Shown here piece after piece: positions 45,789 to 54,483 of a stretch of 64,000 bases of DNA. The stretch lies in assembly GCA_050946775.1 (NCBI GenBank), contig JBMNVL010000001.1:3229-67228 (forward strand). Direction: 5' to 3'. The number at the start of each line of letters is the position of its first letter. Positions within the stretch are counted from its first letter, which is position 1. This DNA is from Acutalibacteraceae bacterium. GTDB lineage: Bacteria > Bacillota > Clostridia > Oscillospirales > Acutalibacteraceae. Made by a program: the position numbers and the translations under genes. The notes beneath the pieces were generated by a model. It searched no databases. It was not told the DNA's origin and saw only the letters and a list, made by a program, of their open reading frames with translations.

Positions 45789-46066
45789 GGCTGATCCGTG
45801 ATAAGGACAAAGCGCCGGAAAAGCGGCCAAACGCGGCGCTTTTCGACTTGTTGTCCTTGCCTTGCGTCAGCAAGGCGGCGTCCGTCGCACCGAAAATCCC
45901 GCGCATTTGGCACGCTTTCCGGTGCGCAGCCGTTTTGTAAGGCATAAAATTTTTTCGTAGGCAAAGCCGCAAGACGCAGACATATTCGCGTATGCCGAGG
46001 CTTTGCGGCACAGCATACGGGAAATTTTGCCTTCCAAAACCGCTTTGTACTTATCACGGATCAGCC
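45789..46066. repeat. 278-bp element bounded by 26-bp terminal inverted repeats (one mismatch), 22 bp upstream of lacZ
   Basis: GGCTGATCCGTGATAAGGACAAAGCG (45789-45814) pairs with CGCTTTGTACTTATCACGGATCAGCC (46041-46066). Confidence 0.7.
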
Positions 46067-46182
46067 AATATTCATATCCATTATACCGTATTTTTGAAAA
46101 AAAGGAAATACACGATTGTGACAAAAAACGCGCACATTTTTTGCCGACCGGAGACGGCGGACACCATCCGCCCGCCAAACTT

Positions 46183-46488
46183 GCGGCGGCATCGTAGGGG
46201 AAGGGGTTTTCCCCTCCTGCGGGATGACGATGAAAGATTCTTCGGGCGAACGCGTGGCCCTCTTGCGGTGCCCGGCTGAGGTGTGGCGCATGTGCGCTCA
46301 CCGATCGCCGACCGCGGCGCCCACCATTTTCTCCCTGTATCGCCCACCGGGCGCGGTCGAAAATGTTGCCCAGAATGACCCTGTTTGTGGTTGCGCTGTC
46401 ATCCTGAGGAGCACAGCGACGAAGGATCTTATCTCGCCCATTTGCACAAACCGGCGGCAACCCGTAGGGGCGGATACCGTCCGCCCGC
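46183..46488 (+). repeat. Composite REP-like element (long version) bounded by two GTAGGG-hairpin units
   Basis: gcggcggcatCGTAGGGGAAGGGGTTTTCCCCTCC at the left end and ccggcggcaaccCGTAGGGGCGGATACCGTCCGCCC at the right end. Internal modules are shared with 7110-7262 and 53970-54290, both inverted. Confidence 0.75.
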
Positions 46489-46538
46489 GAAAAAGACGCA
46501 AAAAACCGGTGCCGATCGATTTTATCGGCGCCGGTGGG

Positions 46539-47051
46539 TCAACTCGTTGTGTGAAATCCGGAAAAGGTCGCCTTGAGCGGTACGCCGGGCATTTCCAGCG
46601 ACAAAAGGCGGCCGTCGGCCGGATCGGCGGTCAGGGTGACGGCGCCGTTTTGTCCGGCGCCGGTCCAGGTGAGCGCCGCGCCGGTGATCCGCACCCCGTC
46701 GGAAGAGCGGGACGCCGCGTCCAGCGCGTCGATCAGCACCCGTCCCAACGCGCCGGCGGGCAGCGCCTGCTCCGACAGGGAAAAGGACAGCCCGTACAAG
46801 GACGCGGTCACGGCGTCGCCCTGCCATTCGACGGTGATCCCCTTGAGGGTGTCGGGCGCCGAAAACGCCAGCTTGAGCGTGCCGGCGCCGGCGCGGGACA
46901 GGGTGCCGGCCAGGCGCGTATCCTTGTAGGTGATATCCGCCTCACAGGTGAAGCCGTCGGTCACCGGGGCGTCGACGGCGCTTGGCGGCGCGCCGCGGCA
47001 TCCCGTCAAAAACGTCAACCATACGATCGCCAGCGCCAGCCACCGCTTCAA
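46539..47051 (-). CDS. Hypothetical lipoprotein
   Basis: MKRWLALAIVWLTFLTGC lipobox. 170 aa. Confidence 0.6.
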   Translation of the reverse strand: MKRWLALAIVWLTFLTGCRGAPPSAVDAPVTDGFTCEADITYKDTRLAGTLSRAGAGTLKLAFSAPDTLKGITVEWQGDAVTASLYGLSFSLSEQALPAGALGRVLIDALDAASRSSDGVRITGAALTWTGAGQNGAVTLTADPADGRLLSLEMPGVPLKATFSGFHTTS

Positions 47052-47057
47052 GCCGCC

Positions 47058-48605
47058 TCAACTCCTGTTTTCGATCATCAAAAGCAGCGGCCCCAGTTCG
47101 TCCAGCAGATCGCCGGGCAGCATGGCGTGTTGGCTCAGCCGTTCGGCGGCGTGATCGCCGGCCCGGCCGTGGAGATACACCCCGGCCATCGCCGCCTGCA
47201 AGGGCGTCATTCCCTGGGCGGCAAAGGAGGCGATCAGCCCGGCCAGTACGTCGCCGCTGCCGCCGGTCGCCATGCCGGGATTGCCGGTGTGGTTGACCAG
47301 CAGCTCCTGCGTGGGCGAGGCGATGACGGTGTCGTGGCCCTTGAGCACCACCCATACCCCGTTGTCCACGGCGAATTTGCGGGCGGCGCGGGGACGGTTT
47401 TGCTCGATCTGCTCCACCGTGGTGTGGCACAGCCGTGCCATTTCACCGGGATGCGGCGTCAGGATCAAGGGGGCTTTGCGTGCTTTGATACTATCTATAT
47501 GCGCCGCGACGGCGTTTATACCGTCGGCGTCCAAAATCACCGGACATTCGGCCTGCTCCAGCAGATAAAGGATCAGCCCGGTCAGTTCGTCGCTTTGTCC
47601 CAGCCCGCAGCCGATCAACAGGGCGGTGGCGTTTTTCAGCCCGTTTCGCAGCAGAGGACGGGCGGAAAGCGCCGCTTTGCCGTCGGCGTCCTCCGGCAGG
47701 GGCAGGCAGACGATCTCCGGCTGGGACACCGTCACCATCGGGTAGATCGAGCGGGGGATGGCGGCGCTGACCAGTCCCGCGCCGCCCCGTAAGGCGCCGC
47801 GGGCGGCCAAAACCGCCGCGCCGGCCATCCCGTAACTGCCGCAAAAGGCCAGCACGTGGCCGAAGGTGCCCTTGTGGCCGTCCACCGGCCGGGGCGAAAA
47901 GCACTCCTGCACCATCACCCGGTCGATGGGCGTCGGGGTGCAGGAATAGGCCTGCCAGAGCTTTTCGGGGATGCCGATCTCCACCACCTCCACCTGGCCG
48001 CACCAGGGAGCCAGAGCGGGCATCACCAGCGCCGGCTTGCGGGCGGTAAAGGTGACGGTCAGGGTGGCGCGCAGGGCGTCGGGATCGCGGACGCCGTCGT
48101 CGGCGTTGACGCCGCTGGGGATATCGATCGCCACCACCGGGGCGTCGCCCTCGTTGACCAGACGAAACAAGCCCCGCAGGGTTTCGGGCAGTACCCGCTT
48201 GAACCCGATGCCGAACACCGCGTCGACGATCAGCCGGGCGTCCCGTAGCACCGCGACGGTGCGGGCGGGATCGTCCATCCAGCGGTAGACCGGCACGGGC
48301 AGCTGCCGCAGCCGTTCGGCCATCGCCATGGCGTCGGCGGTGCGGGGCATCTCCCCGGCCAGCACGATCGACACCCGGGCGTTGTGCTCCAGCAGCTTGC
48401 GGGCAATGACGAAGCCGTCGCCGCCGTTGTTGCCGCTGCCGCACAGGATCACCACCGCCATCCCGCTGACCGGGTAGGTCTGGCGGATCACCCGGGCGGC
48501 GGCCGATCCGGCGTTTTCCATCAGCCGGACGCCGTCCAGCCCGATCTCCTTGGCGGACAGCTCCACCTGCCGCATCTCTTCACTCGTCAACACGTGCATA
48601 GCCAT
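47058..48605 (-). CDS. nnr: Bifunctional NAD(P)H-hydrate repair enzyme (epimerase + ADP-dependent dehydratase)
   Basis: 515 aa. The N-terminal YjeF_N region shows ..LCGSGNNGGDGFV.. The C-terminal carbohydrate-kinase domain shows ..GHKGTFGHVL.. and ..ATGGSGDVLAG.. Confidence 0.92.
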   Translation of the reverse strand: MAMHVLTSEEMRQVELSAKEIGLDGVRLMENAGSAAARVIRQTYPVSGMAVVILCGSGNNGGDGFVIARKLLEHNARVSIVLAGEMPRTADAMAMAERLRQLPVPVYRWMDDPARTVAVLRDARLIVDAVFGIGFKRVLPETLRGLFRLVNEGDAPVVAIDIPSGVNADDGVRDPDALRATLTVTFTARKPALVMPALAPWCGQVEVVEIGIPEKLWQAYSCTPTPIDRVMVQECFSPRPVDGHKGTFGHVLAFCGSYGMAGAAVLAARGALRGGAGLVSAAIPRSIYPMVTVSQPEIVCLPLPEDADGKAALSARPLLRNGLKNATALLIGCGLGQSDELTGLILYLLEQAECPVILDADGINAVAAHIDSIKARKAPLILTPHPGEMARLCHTTVEQIEQNRPRAARKFAVDNGVWVVLKGHDTVIASPTQELLVNHTGNPGMATGGSGDVLAGLIASFAAQGMTPLQAAMAGVYLHGRAGDHAAERLSQHAMLPGDLLDELGPLLLMIENRS

Positions 48606-48683
48606 TCTCCTTTTTTGCGGTTTGCTGAAAAATGAACGCCGATTTCCGGCGAGCGCACGGCGCCGCGGTTTTTCCGGGCGGCG

Positions 48684-49571
48684 TTACGCCAGCCCGTCTT
48701 TTTGCATCACGTACCGGACGATCTCGTCGGCGACGTCCACTCCGGTACAGGCGGTGATCCCCGCCATAAAGGCGTTGGAGTTGACCTCGCATACCAGCGC
48801 TTCACCCCGGTCGTCCCACAGCAGATCCACCCCGGCGAACTCCAGCCCCAGCACCCGGCAGCACCGCAGCGCCAGCGTCTCCTCGGCGGGTGTCGGCAAA
48901 TAGGCCTCGCCCCGGCCGCCGCCGCCGATGTTGGAACGGAAATCCACCCCCCGGCGGTGCATGGCGGCCACCACCCGGTCGCCCACCACGTACAGCCGGT
49001 GATCCTCGCCCGCGCAGGTGGGCAAAAACGCCTGCGCCAAAAAGGGCTTGTCGCCCATTTTCATCGCCAGCGCCCGCAGGTCGTCCGGCGTGCGCGCCAG
49101 ATACACCTGCCCGCCCAGCGAGCCGTAGCATTCCTTGACCACCATCGGGAACCCCAGCTCCGCCTCGGCGCGCCGCAGGAAAGCGGCGATTTGCGGGCCG
49201 ATCTCGCGGTAGGTCATCGGGGCGATCAGGGTGCGGGGCATGGGTACCCGAGCCGCCGCCAGCGCCAGATGGGTGGCGCTTTTGTCGTCGCAGACGGCGA
49301 TGGCGTCGACGGGGTTGTGTACCCTCACACCGCCGGAGGCCAGCGCCTGCCCCAGCCGGACGTCCTTGTCCCAAAACAGCACCGTGTCGCCCCTGTCGAT
49401 CCCCTCGACGGTGATCCCGTCGCCGCCGGCGGACACGATCAGCGAGGTGTTGGGCACCGGCGTCAGTGTCCAGCCGCGGTCCTTTGCCGCCCGGCAGAGC
49501 CGTTCGACCGGGTCGGGCGGGGTATCGGGGTTCCAGAATCCGTTGTAGATCGCCCATCCCGCCATGGTCAT
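48684..49571 (-). CDS. RimK-family ATP-grasp ligase
   Basis: ..FPMVVKECYGSLGGQVYLA.., ..EDHRLYVVGDRVVAAMHRR.., ..GVDLLW..ALVCEVNSNA.. Possible starts are TTG 49583, ATG 49571 and ATG 49565. Confidence 0.75.
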   Translation of the reverse strand: MTMAGWAIYNGFWNPDTPPDPVERLCRAAKDRGWTLTPVPNTSLIVSAGGDGITVEGIDRGDTVLFWDKDVRLGQALASGGVRVHNPVDAIAVCDDKSATHLALAAARVPMPRTLIAPMTYREIGPQIAAFLRRAEAELGFPMVVKECYGSLGGQVYLARTPDDLRALAMKMGDKPFLAQAFLPTCAGEDHRLYVVGDRVVAAMHRRGVDFRSNIGGGGRGEAYLPTPAEETLALRCCRVLGLEFAGVDLLWDDRGEALVCEVNSNAFMAGITACTGVDVADEIVRYVMQKDGLA

Positions 49572-50398
49572 CGTCCTTCCCAATCGGCCTGCAGATACAG
49601 CGCCACCCCGTCGGCGTCGTTGGCGCCGACGATCACGTCGGCCGCCCGTTTGGCCGATTCCACTCCGTTTTCCACAACGCAGGCGAGATCGGCCACCCGC
49701 AGCATCGGCAAATCGTTGTCGTTGTCGCCGAAGGCGACCAGCCGGTCGGCGCCGACGGCCCGCTTGACCCGCAGCGCGCCGTTGTCCTTGCCGGCGCGGC
49801 GGTCGAATATCTCCAAAAAGAAATTACCCTGTACGTAATTGTCCCGGTAGATGCTGCAGCGCACCTCGGGGATCTGCGCCTCCACCTCGGCGCGGATGGC
49901 GGTCAGCGTCTCCCGCCTGTCCTGCATCGAGAAATAGACCGCTTCCCGGGTGGAATCGTGCTCGTTCACCTGCCAAAACAGCTCCGGCAGCCGCGCCAGC
50001 CGCTGGCGCATAAAGGACTCCTCACCCGGCGAGGTGGGATGGGTGTAGGTACACGTCACCCCGCCGTTCTCCACCCGGTAGACCATCGGGGATTTGCCGT
50101 GACGGGCGGCGATTTCCAGCACGGTTTTCGCCACCGCCGGGGACATTTCCAGCGCGTCGGCCACCCGTTCGTGGATGGCGTCGTAGGTCATGGCGCCGTT
50201 CATCAGCACCATCGGCGCGGTGAAGCGCACCCCCTGCAGATCCAGCAGCTTGATCCCGATCAGACTGCGGGCGGTGCAGATGGAAAACAGACACCCGGCG
50301 TCGGCCAGGGCGTTGAGAATGCCGACGGTGCGCGTCGACAGGGCTTGGTCGGGCGTCAGCAGCGTGCCGTCCAGATCGGTCATGTACAGCGTTTTCAT
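49568..50398 (-). CDS. HAD-superfamily (Cof-like) phosphatase
   Basis: 276 aa from ATG 50398. MKTLYMTDLDGTLL.. is HAD motif I. ..FGDNDNDLPML.. is motif IV. Confidence 0.8.
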   Translation of the reverse strand: MKTLYMTDLDGTLLTPDQALSTRTVGILNALADAGCLFSICTARSLIGIKLLDLQGVRFTAPMVLMNGAMTYDAIHERVADALEMSPAVAKTVLEIAARHGKSPMVYRVENGGVTCTYTHPTSPGEESFMRQRLARLPELFWQVNEHDSTREAVYFSMQDRRETLTAIRAEVEAQIPEVRCSIYRDNYVQGNFFLEIFDRRAGKDNGALRVKRAVGADRLVAFGDNDNDLPMLRVADLACVVENGVESAKRAADVIVGANDADGVALYLQADWEGR

Positions 50399-50898
50399 AG
50401 GCCCTTGACGACCTCCGAAAGGGTGTCGAAATACTCCTTGCCGTAGTTGTGGAAGTCGTTTTGGCGGATCATCTCCCGCAGCAGCGCCGGCGATACCCAC
50501 CGCGCCTCGGCCACTTCCTCGCTTTGCAGCTGCACGTCCCGGTCGACCCGCACCTCACGGCGCAAGATCCACAGATCGCAAAAGGAGTTGCGCCGCTTGA
50601 GCCGCCGCAGCAGCGTCAGCTCGCCCGGCTGGGTGTTGAGCCCCAGCTCCTCCAGCAGCTCCCGTCTGGCGGCGGTCTCGCTGTCCTCGCCCGATACCGC
50701 CGATCCGCCGGTCGCCGCCCACATATTGGGCATCAGATGCAGATGCGCCGCCCGGCGTTGGATCAGGATCCCGCCCGCGGCGTTGAGCACCCAGATGTGC
50801 ACCACCAGATGGTACTGCCCGAAGGTCAGCCGTTCGCCCCGCATCATGGTGCGCCCGGTCGGCCGGCCCCGGTCATCCAGCAAATCCCATTTTTCCAT
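50395..50898 (-). CDS. NUDIX hydrolase
   Basis: 167 aa from ATG 50898. The Nudix box is GGSAVSGEDSETAARRELLEELGL. Confidence 0.85.
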   Translation of the reverse strand: MEKWDLLDDRGRPTGRTMMRGERLTFGQYHLVVHIWVLNAAGGILIQRRAAHLHLMPNMWAATGGSAVSGEDSETAARRELLEELGLNTQPGELTLLRRLKRRNSFCDLWILRREVRVDRDVQLQSEEVAEARWVSPALLREMIRQNDFHNYGKEYFDTLSEVVKGL

Positions 50899-51149
50899 TC
50901 CCGTTCGTTTGCTCCTTACAGGTGGCCGCAATTAGCCACGGTAACTTATAATACACTATCATACCGCATTTGGCGTCAAAAGTCCAGCAAAACTTGACAG
51001 ACCGGGCGTTTGCGTATTTGCATAAAAAATGAAGGATTGTTGACAAGTTATTGTAAATACTATATACTTTTATTAAAGCCAAAATGATTGGCGTTCGCGC
51101 ATAAAGATATGGTGTAAACCTGTTGTGAGGCAGAAAGGGTGAAGATGCT

Positions 51150-52631
51150 ATGAAAACCATTCGATGGATCACCGCGCTGCTGTTCACGCTGGCGGTGTGC
51201 GCCGCGCCGATGGGAATGGCGGCCGGGGACATCGGCCAGACCGATCCTCCGGAATCCGAGATAAGGTTGAGCGATTCGGTCCTCTATCTGGCCGTCGGTG
51301 AGGAAAAGGATATCACGATCGACTACGTGTATCTGAAAGAAAGCGAAGAACCCGCGGGCGATCCTTACCGGGAAATTTGGGATAACTCTCACCCGGAAAT
51401 CGCGCAAATGGCGCTGTCCGGCGGTGAACCGGCGGATATCAACCACGGCAGCGAGACGGCGCTGAACCAGACCGGCACCATCAAAGGCGTCCAACCCGGC
51501 AAAAGCGGCATCACGGTAACGCGCAGCGGGTTTGGCGCCTCTGCGAGCGCGACCTGTGACGTTTTCGTGTATCGAAAAGGGGATATGGACGATAAAAACA
51601 GCATCGCGGTTACCTTCACCGCCCCTGAAAACCGTTCCTTCTCCCCAGCGGATTTTCCCGGCGTACCATGCCGATCCGTTGTCGGAGTACAAAAATATAC
51701 GCGAGATACCGGCTTAGACTATCTGTTGATCCTCGCTCTGGACGACAGCGACTGGGATATGAAGGCCGTTTTGGAAACCGCCCGATCCGTGGACGGAGTG
51801 CAATCCGCCAAGCCGAACACCGATCACGTGCGGCGTGATTTGCGCATCCGGCTGAACGCTTCGTCGGTCATCCTGAAAATTGGCGAAGAAGTGCAGCTGT
51901 GTATCGACAGCGTGACCGAACCGCCCGTTCCGTGGCGGATCGCGCAGGGGATCTGCCTGAACGTGGATCCGGATCGGCTGCCGGATGGGCAAAGCATACG
52001 GGACTGTTTTCGTGAAATGGGCGTTTCCCGGTTCTGGCCGAGAAAAAGCGCGGACAGTCTGAACGGCATTTTGGAGCAAGAGGGAGAAGAAAGCCCGGAC
52101 GGATACTATACGGTCGACGTCCCCTTGCAGGCCGTTTTATACGAAATGACGGACGCGATCACAAGCGCCGATTTTGTGAAAGACGCGTATGTGTGGTGGG
52201 ATCCCATTCCCGGCGAGCCCGACGTGCCGGGCAGAGCGGAGCGGTGGGAATCGGACACGGAGGACGTGGTTTCGCTTCAGCTGTCCGGCGGATTCAAAGA
52301 CGCCGGCGATGAAACCATGATTTGCCAAACGGCAACAGTAAAGGCGCTGGCGCCGGGGACGGCATCCGTCACCGTCAGTTTTTCCGAAGGGACGCAAACC
52401 GACACGCAAACCTGCACCATAACGGTGTTGGGCGAATATCGGCCCGGTGACGTGAATATGGACGGGGATATCACCGCTGCCGACGCGCTGCTGGCGCTGC
52501 AGGCGGCGACCGAAAAGGTGTTATTGAGCGATCAGCAGCGGCGCTATGCCGACGTCGATGACGACGGCAGCGTAACGGCCGCCGACGCCTTGATGATTTT
52601 GCAAATCAGCACCGGGAAAATAAATCTTTAG
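51150..52631 (+). CDS. Secreted protein with Ig-like repeats and a C-terminal dockerin-type module
   Basis: Signal peptide MKTIRWITALLFTLAVCAAPMG. C-terminal GDVNMDGDITAADALLALQ...DVDDDGSVTAADALMILQ. Confidence 0.7.
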   Translation: MKTIRWITALLFTLAVCAAPMGMAAGDIGQTDPPESEIRLSDSVLYLAVGEEKDITIDYVYLKESEEPAGDPYREIWDNSHPEIAQMALSGGEPADINHGSETALNQTGTIKGVQPGKSGITVTRSGFGASASATCDVFVYRKGDMDDKNSIAVTFTAPENRSFSPADFPGVPCRSVVGVQKYTRDTGLDYLLILALDDSDWDMKAVLETARSVDGVQSAKPNTDHVRRDLRIRLNASSVILKIGEEVQLCIDSVTEPPVPWRIAQGICLNVDPDRLPDGQSIRDCFREMGVSRFWPRKSADSLNGILEQEGEESPDGYYTVDVPLQAVLYEMTDAITSADFVKDAYVWWDPIPGEPDVPGRAERWESDTEDVVSLQLSGGFKDAGDETMICQTATVKALAPGTASVTVSFSEGTQTDTQTCTITVLGEYRPGDVNMDGDITAADALLALQAATEKVLLSDQQRRYADVDDDGSVTAADALMILQISTGKINL

Positions 52632-52656
52632 AAAAGGCCTGTATACAACTCAAAAC

Positions 52657-52686
52657 TTGACAGACCGGGCGTCCAGCGGGTACAAT
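52657..52686 (+). promoter_or_regulatory. Promoter of tlyA
   Basis: TTGACA-18 nt-TACAAT. The -35 region is part of a 22-bp direct repeat also found at 50989-51010. Confidence 0.5.
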
Positions 52687-52703
52687 AGTCCCGAGGTGAC
52701 GAC

Positions 52704-53507
52704 ATGGCGACCATGCGACTGGACGAAGTGGCCGCGGCGGCCTTCGGGGTGACCCGGGAGGAAGCGGCGGCGTTGATTATGGAAGGGCGGGTATGGATCG
52801 GGGATATTCCCGCCGACAAACCCGGCACTCCGGTGAAGGCCGGCGCGGCGCTGACCTTGCGCCAAAAAGGGCGCAAATACGCCAGCCGGTCGGGATATAA
52901 ACTGGAAAAAGCCCTGCGGTATTTCGCGCTGAACGTCGACGGGCAGACCGTCTGCGATATCGGCGCCAGCAACGGCGGGTTTACCGACTGCCTGCTGCAA
53001 AACGGCGCGGCGCGGGTGTTCGCGGTGGACGTCGCTTACGGCATTTTGGCGTGGGAGCTGCGCCAGGACGAGCGGGTGACGGTGATGGAACGCACAAACG
53101 CCCGGCATTTGACGGCGGAACAGCTCGGCGAAAGGTGCGATCTCGTCACGGTGGACGTGGCGTTTATTTCGCTGACGAAAATTTTTCCCGCCATCGACCG
53201 GATCCTGAAAGAGGACGGGCGGTGCGTCTGTCTGATCAAGCCCCAGTTTGAGTTAAAGCCCTTCCAGCTGGGCAAAAACGGGATGGTCAAGGATCCCGCC
53301 GTCCTGCCGGGGCTGATCGGCTCGCTGATCGATGCGGCGGCGGGAAACCGGCTGTATCTGCGGGGGTTGACGGTGTCGCCCATCCACGGCACCAACGGCA
53401 ACGTGGAGTATTTGCTTTTCCTCGACCGTCAGCCCGCCGTCCCCGACGACGAGCGGGAGCGGCTGATTGCCGAAACCGTCGCCCTGCGCCCCGACGAAGA
53501 GGGTTGA
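52704..53507 (+). CDS. tlyA: TlyA-family 16S/23S rRNA (cytidine-2'-O)-methyltransferase
   Basis: An S4-like N-terminus plus ..SRSGYKLEKAL..DIGASNGGFTDCLLQNGA..VFAVDV... Confidence 0.88.
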   Translation: MATMRLDEVAAAAFGVTREEAAALIMEGRVWIGDIPADKPGTPVKAGAALTLRQKGRKYASRSGYKLEKALRYFALNVDGQTVCDIGASNGGFTDCLLQNGAARVFAVDVAYGILAWELRQDERVTVMERTNARHLTAEQLGERCDLVTVDVAFISLTKIFPAIDRILKEDGRCVCLIKPQFELKPFQLGKNGMVKDPAVLPGLIGSLIDAAAGNRLYLRGLTVSPIHGTNGNVEYLLFLDRQPAVPDDERERLIAETVALRPDEEG

Positions 53508-53562
53508 CGCCGTTTTTTTGTCGTGATAGAATAGGATAAAACCGTAAAAGGATGGGGTATTT

Positions 53563-53964
53563 ATGAAAAAACGGATCGCTATTTTCCTCATTTGCATGCT
53601 GATACCGGGCGTTTTGGCCGGATGCCACCGGGATTCCCTTCGTTTGGTGGAGGACGAAAGCGCTTTCGGGGAATTTGCGGTGGAGGAAAACGCGGTGATC
53701 CTCACCGCTGCGGTAACGGTCGAAAACGTCAGTGATACCAACAAAACCTTTGCCATCCGTGCCGATTTCTCAAAAGATCAGCGGGGCGATTTGCTCAAAG
53801 AAGCGGAGCTTTGGGCTGTGGACGACGAAGGGAATACCGCCAAATTCACCGTCCCCGCCAAAGGCAAAACGGAGTTTGAGGTGCGGTTTTGCGGCACCTT
53901 CGGCGGCAAGGAACAAAGGGCGGATCGCCTGCTCCCGCCGCTGACGTTCGTGGAAGCGGGATGA
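53563..53964 (+). CDS. Hypothetical lipoprotein
   Basis: MKKRIAIFLICMLIPGVLAGC lipobox. 133 aa. Confidence 0.6.
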   Translation: MKKRIAIFLICMLIPGVLAGCHRDSLRLVEDESAFGEFAVEENAVILTAAVTVENVSDTNKTFAIRADFSKDQRGDLLKEAELWAVDDEGNTAKFTVPAKGKTEFEVRFCGTFGGKEQRADRLLPPLTFVEAG

Positions 53965-53969
53965 CGACG

Positions 53970-54440
53970 CACAGTATGCGGAGTGCGTCTGCCTCCCTCT
54001 GACGGGCAGCGTTTGCGAGCGCCGCCGGGGGCGGAAACAGCGAGCAATAAGCTGGCGCCGCGGTCGGTGATCGGTGAGCGCGTATGCGCCACACCGGAGC
54101 CGGGCACCGCAAGAGGGCCTGAGGTGGATTTCGCCGCCAGGCGAAAGACGGAGGGAGAGAGGGGCGTGCCGCTAATCTCGTTATCTCTCCCTCAGTCTCG
54201 CTGCGCTCGACAGCTCCCTCGTCAGAGGGAGCCGTTTTGTATACCGCCGGATTGATACGGCGGGCGGATGATATCCTCCGTTTGCGGAACACCGATGAAT
54301 TGCGTTGCAAGCGCACGCCTCGTGCAAAGGGTGGCTTGCCGAACGCACCGCGTGAGGCAAGTCGGAGGGATAGTCGCCCTTTGGGCGACATACCGCGCTT
54401 GCCTGCCACCGGCTTGTGCGGTTTTTGCGGGCTTTATACC
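53970..54440 (-). repeat. Composite REP-like element(s), inverted relative to 46183-46488
   Basis: The reverse complement of 54054-54119 matches 46256-46322 (ggccctcttgcggtgcccggct..ggtgtggcgcat..gcgctcaccgatc.ccgaccgcggcgcc). Extra hairpins are GAGGGAGAGA...TCTCTCCCTC, CTCCCTCgtcaGAGGGAG and an inverted ggatatcatccgcccgcc unit. Confidence 0.75.
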
Positions 54441-54443
54441 ATC

Positions 54444-54483
54444 AAAAAAACGAAATGACCCGGTCGGGTCATTTCGTTTTTTT
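54444..54483. terminator. Bidirectional intrinsic terminator overlapping the rarA stop codon
   Basis: aaaaaaaCGAAATGACCCggtcGGGTCATTTCGttttttt. Confidence 0.8.
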
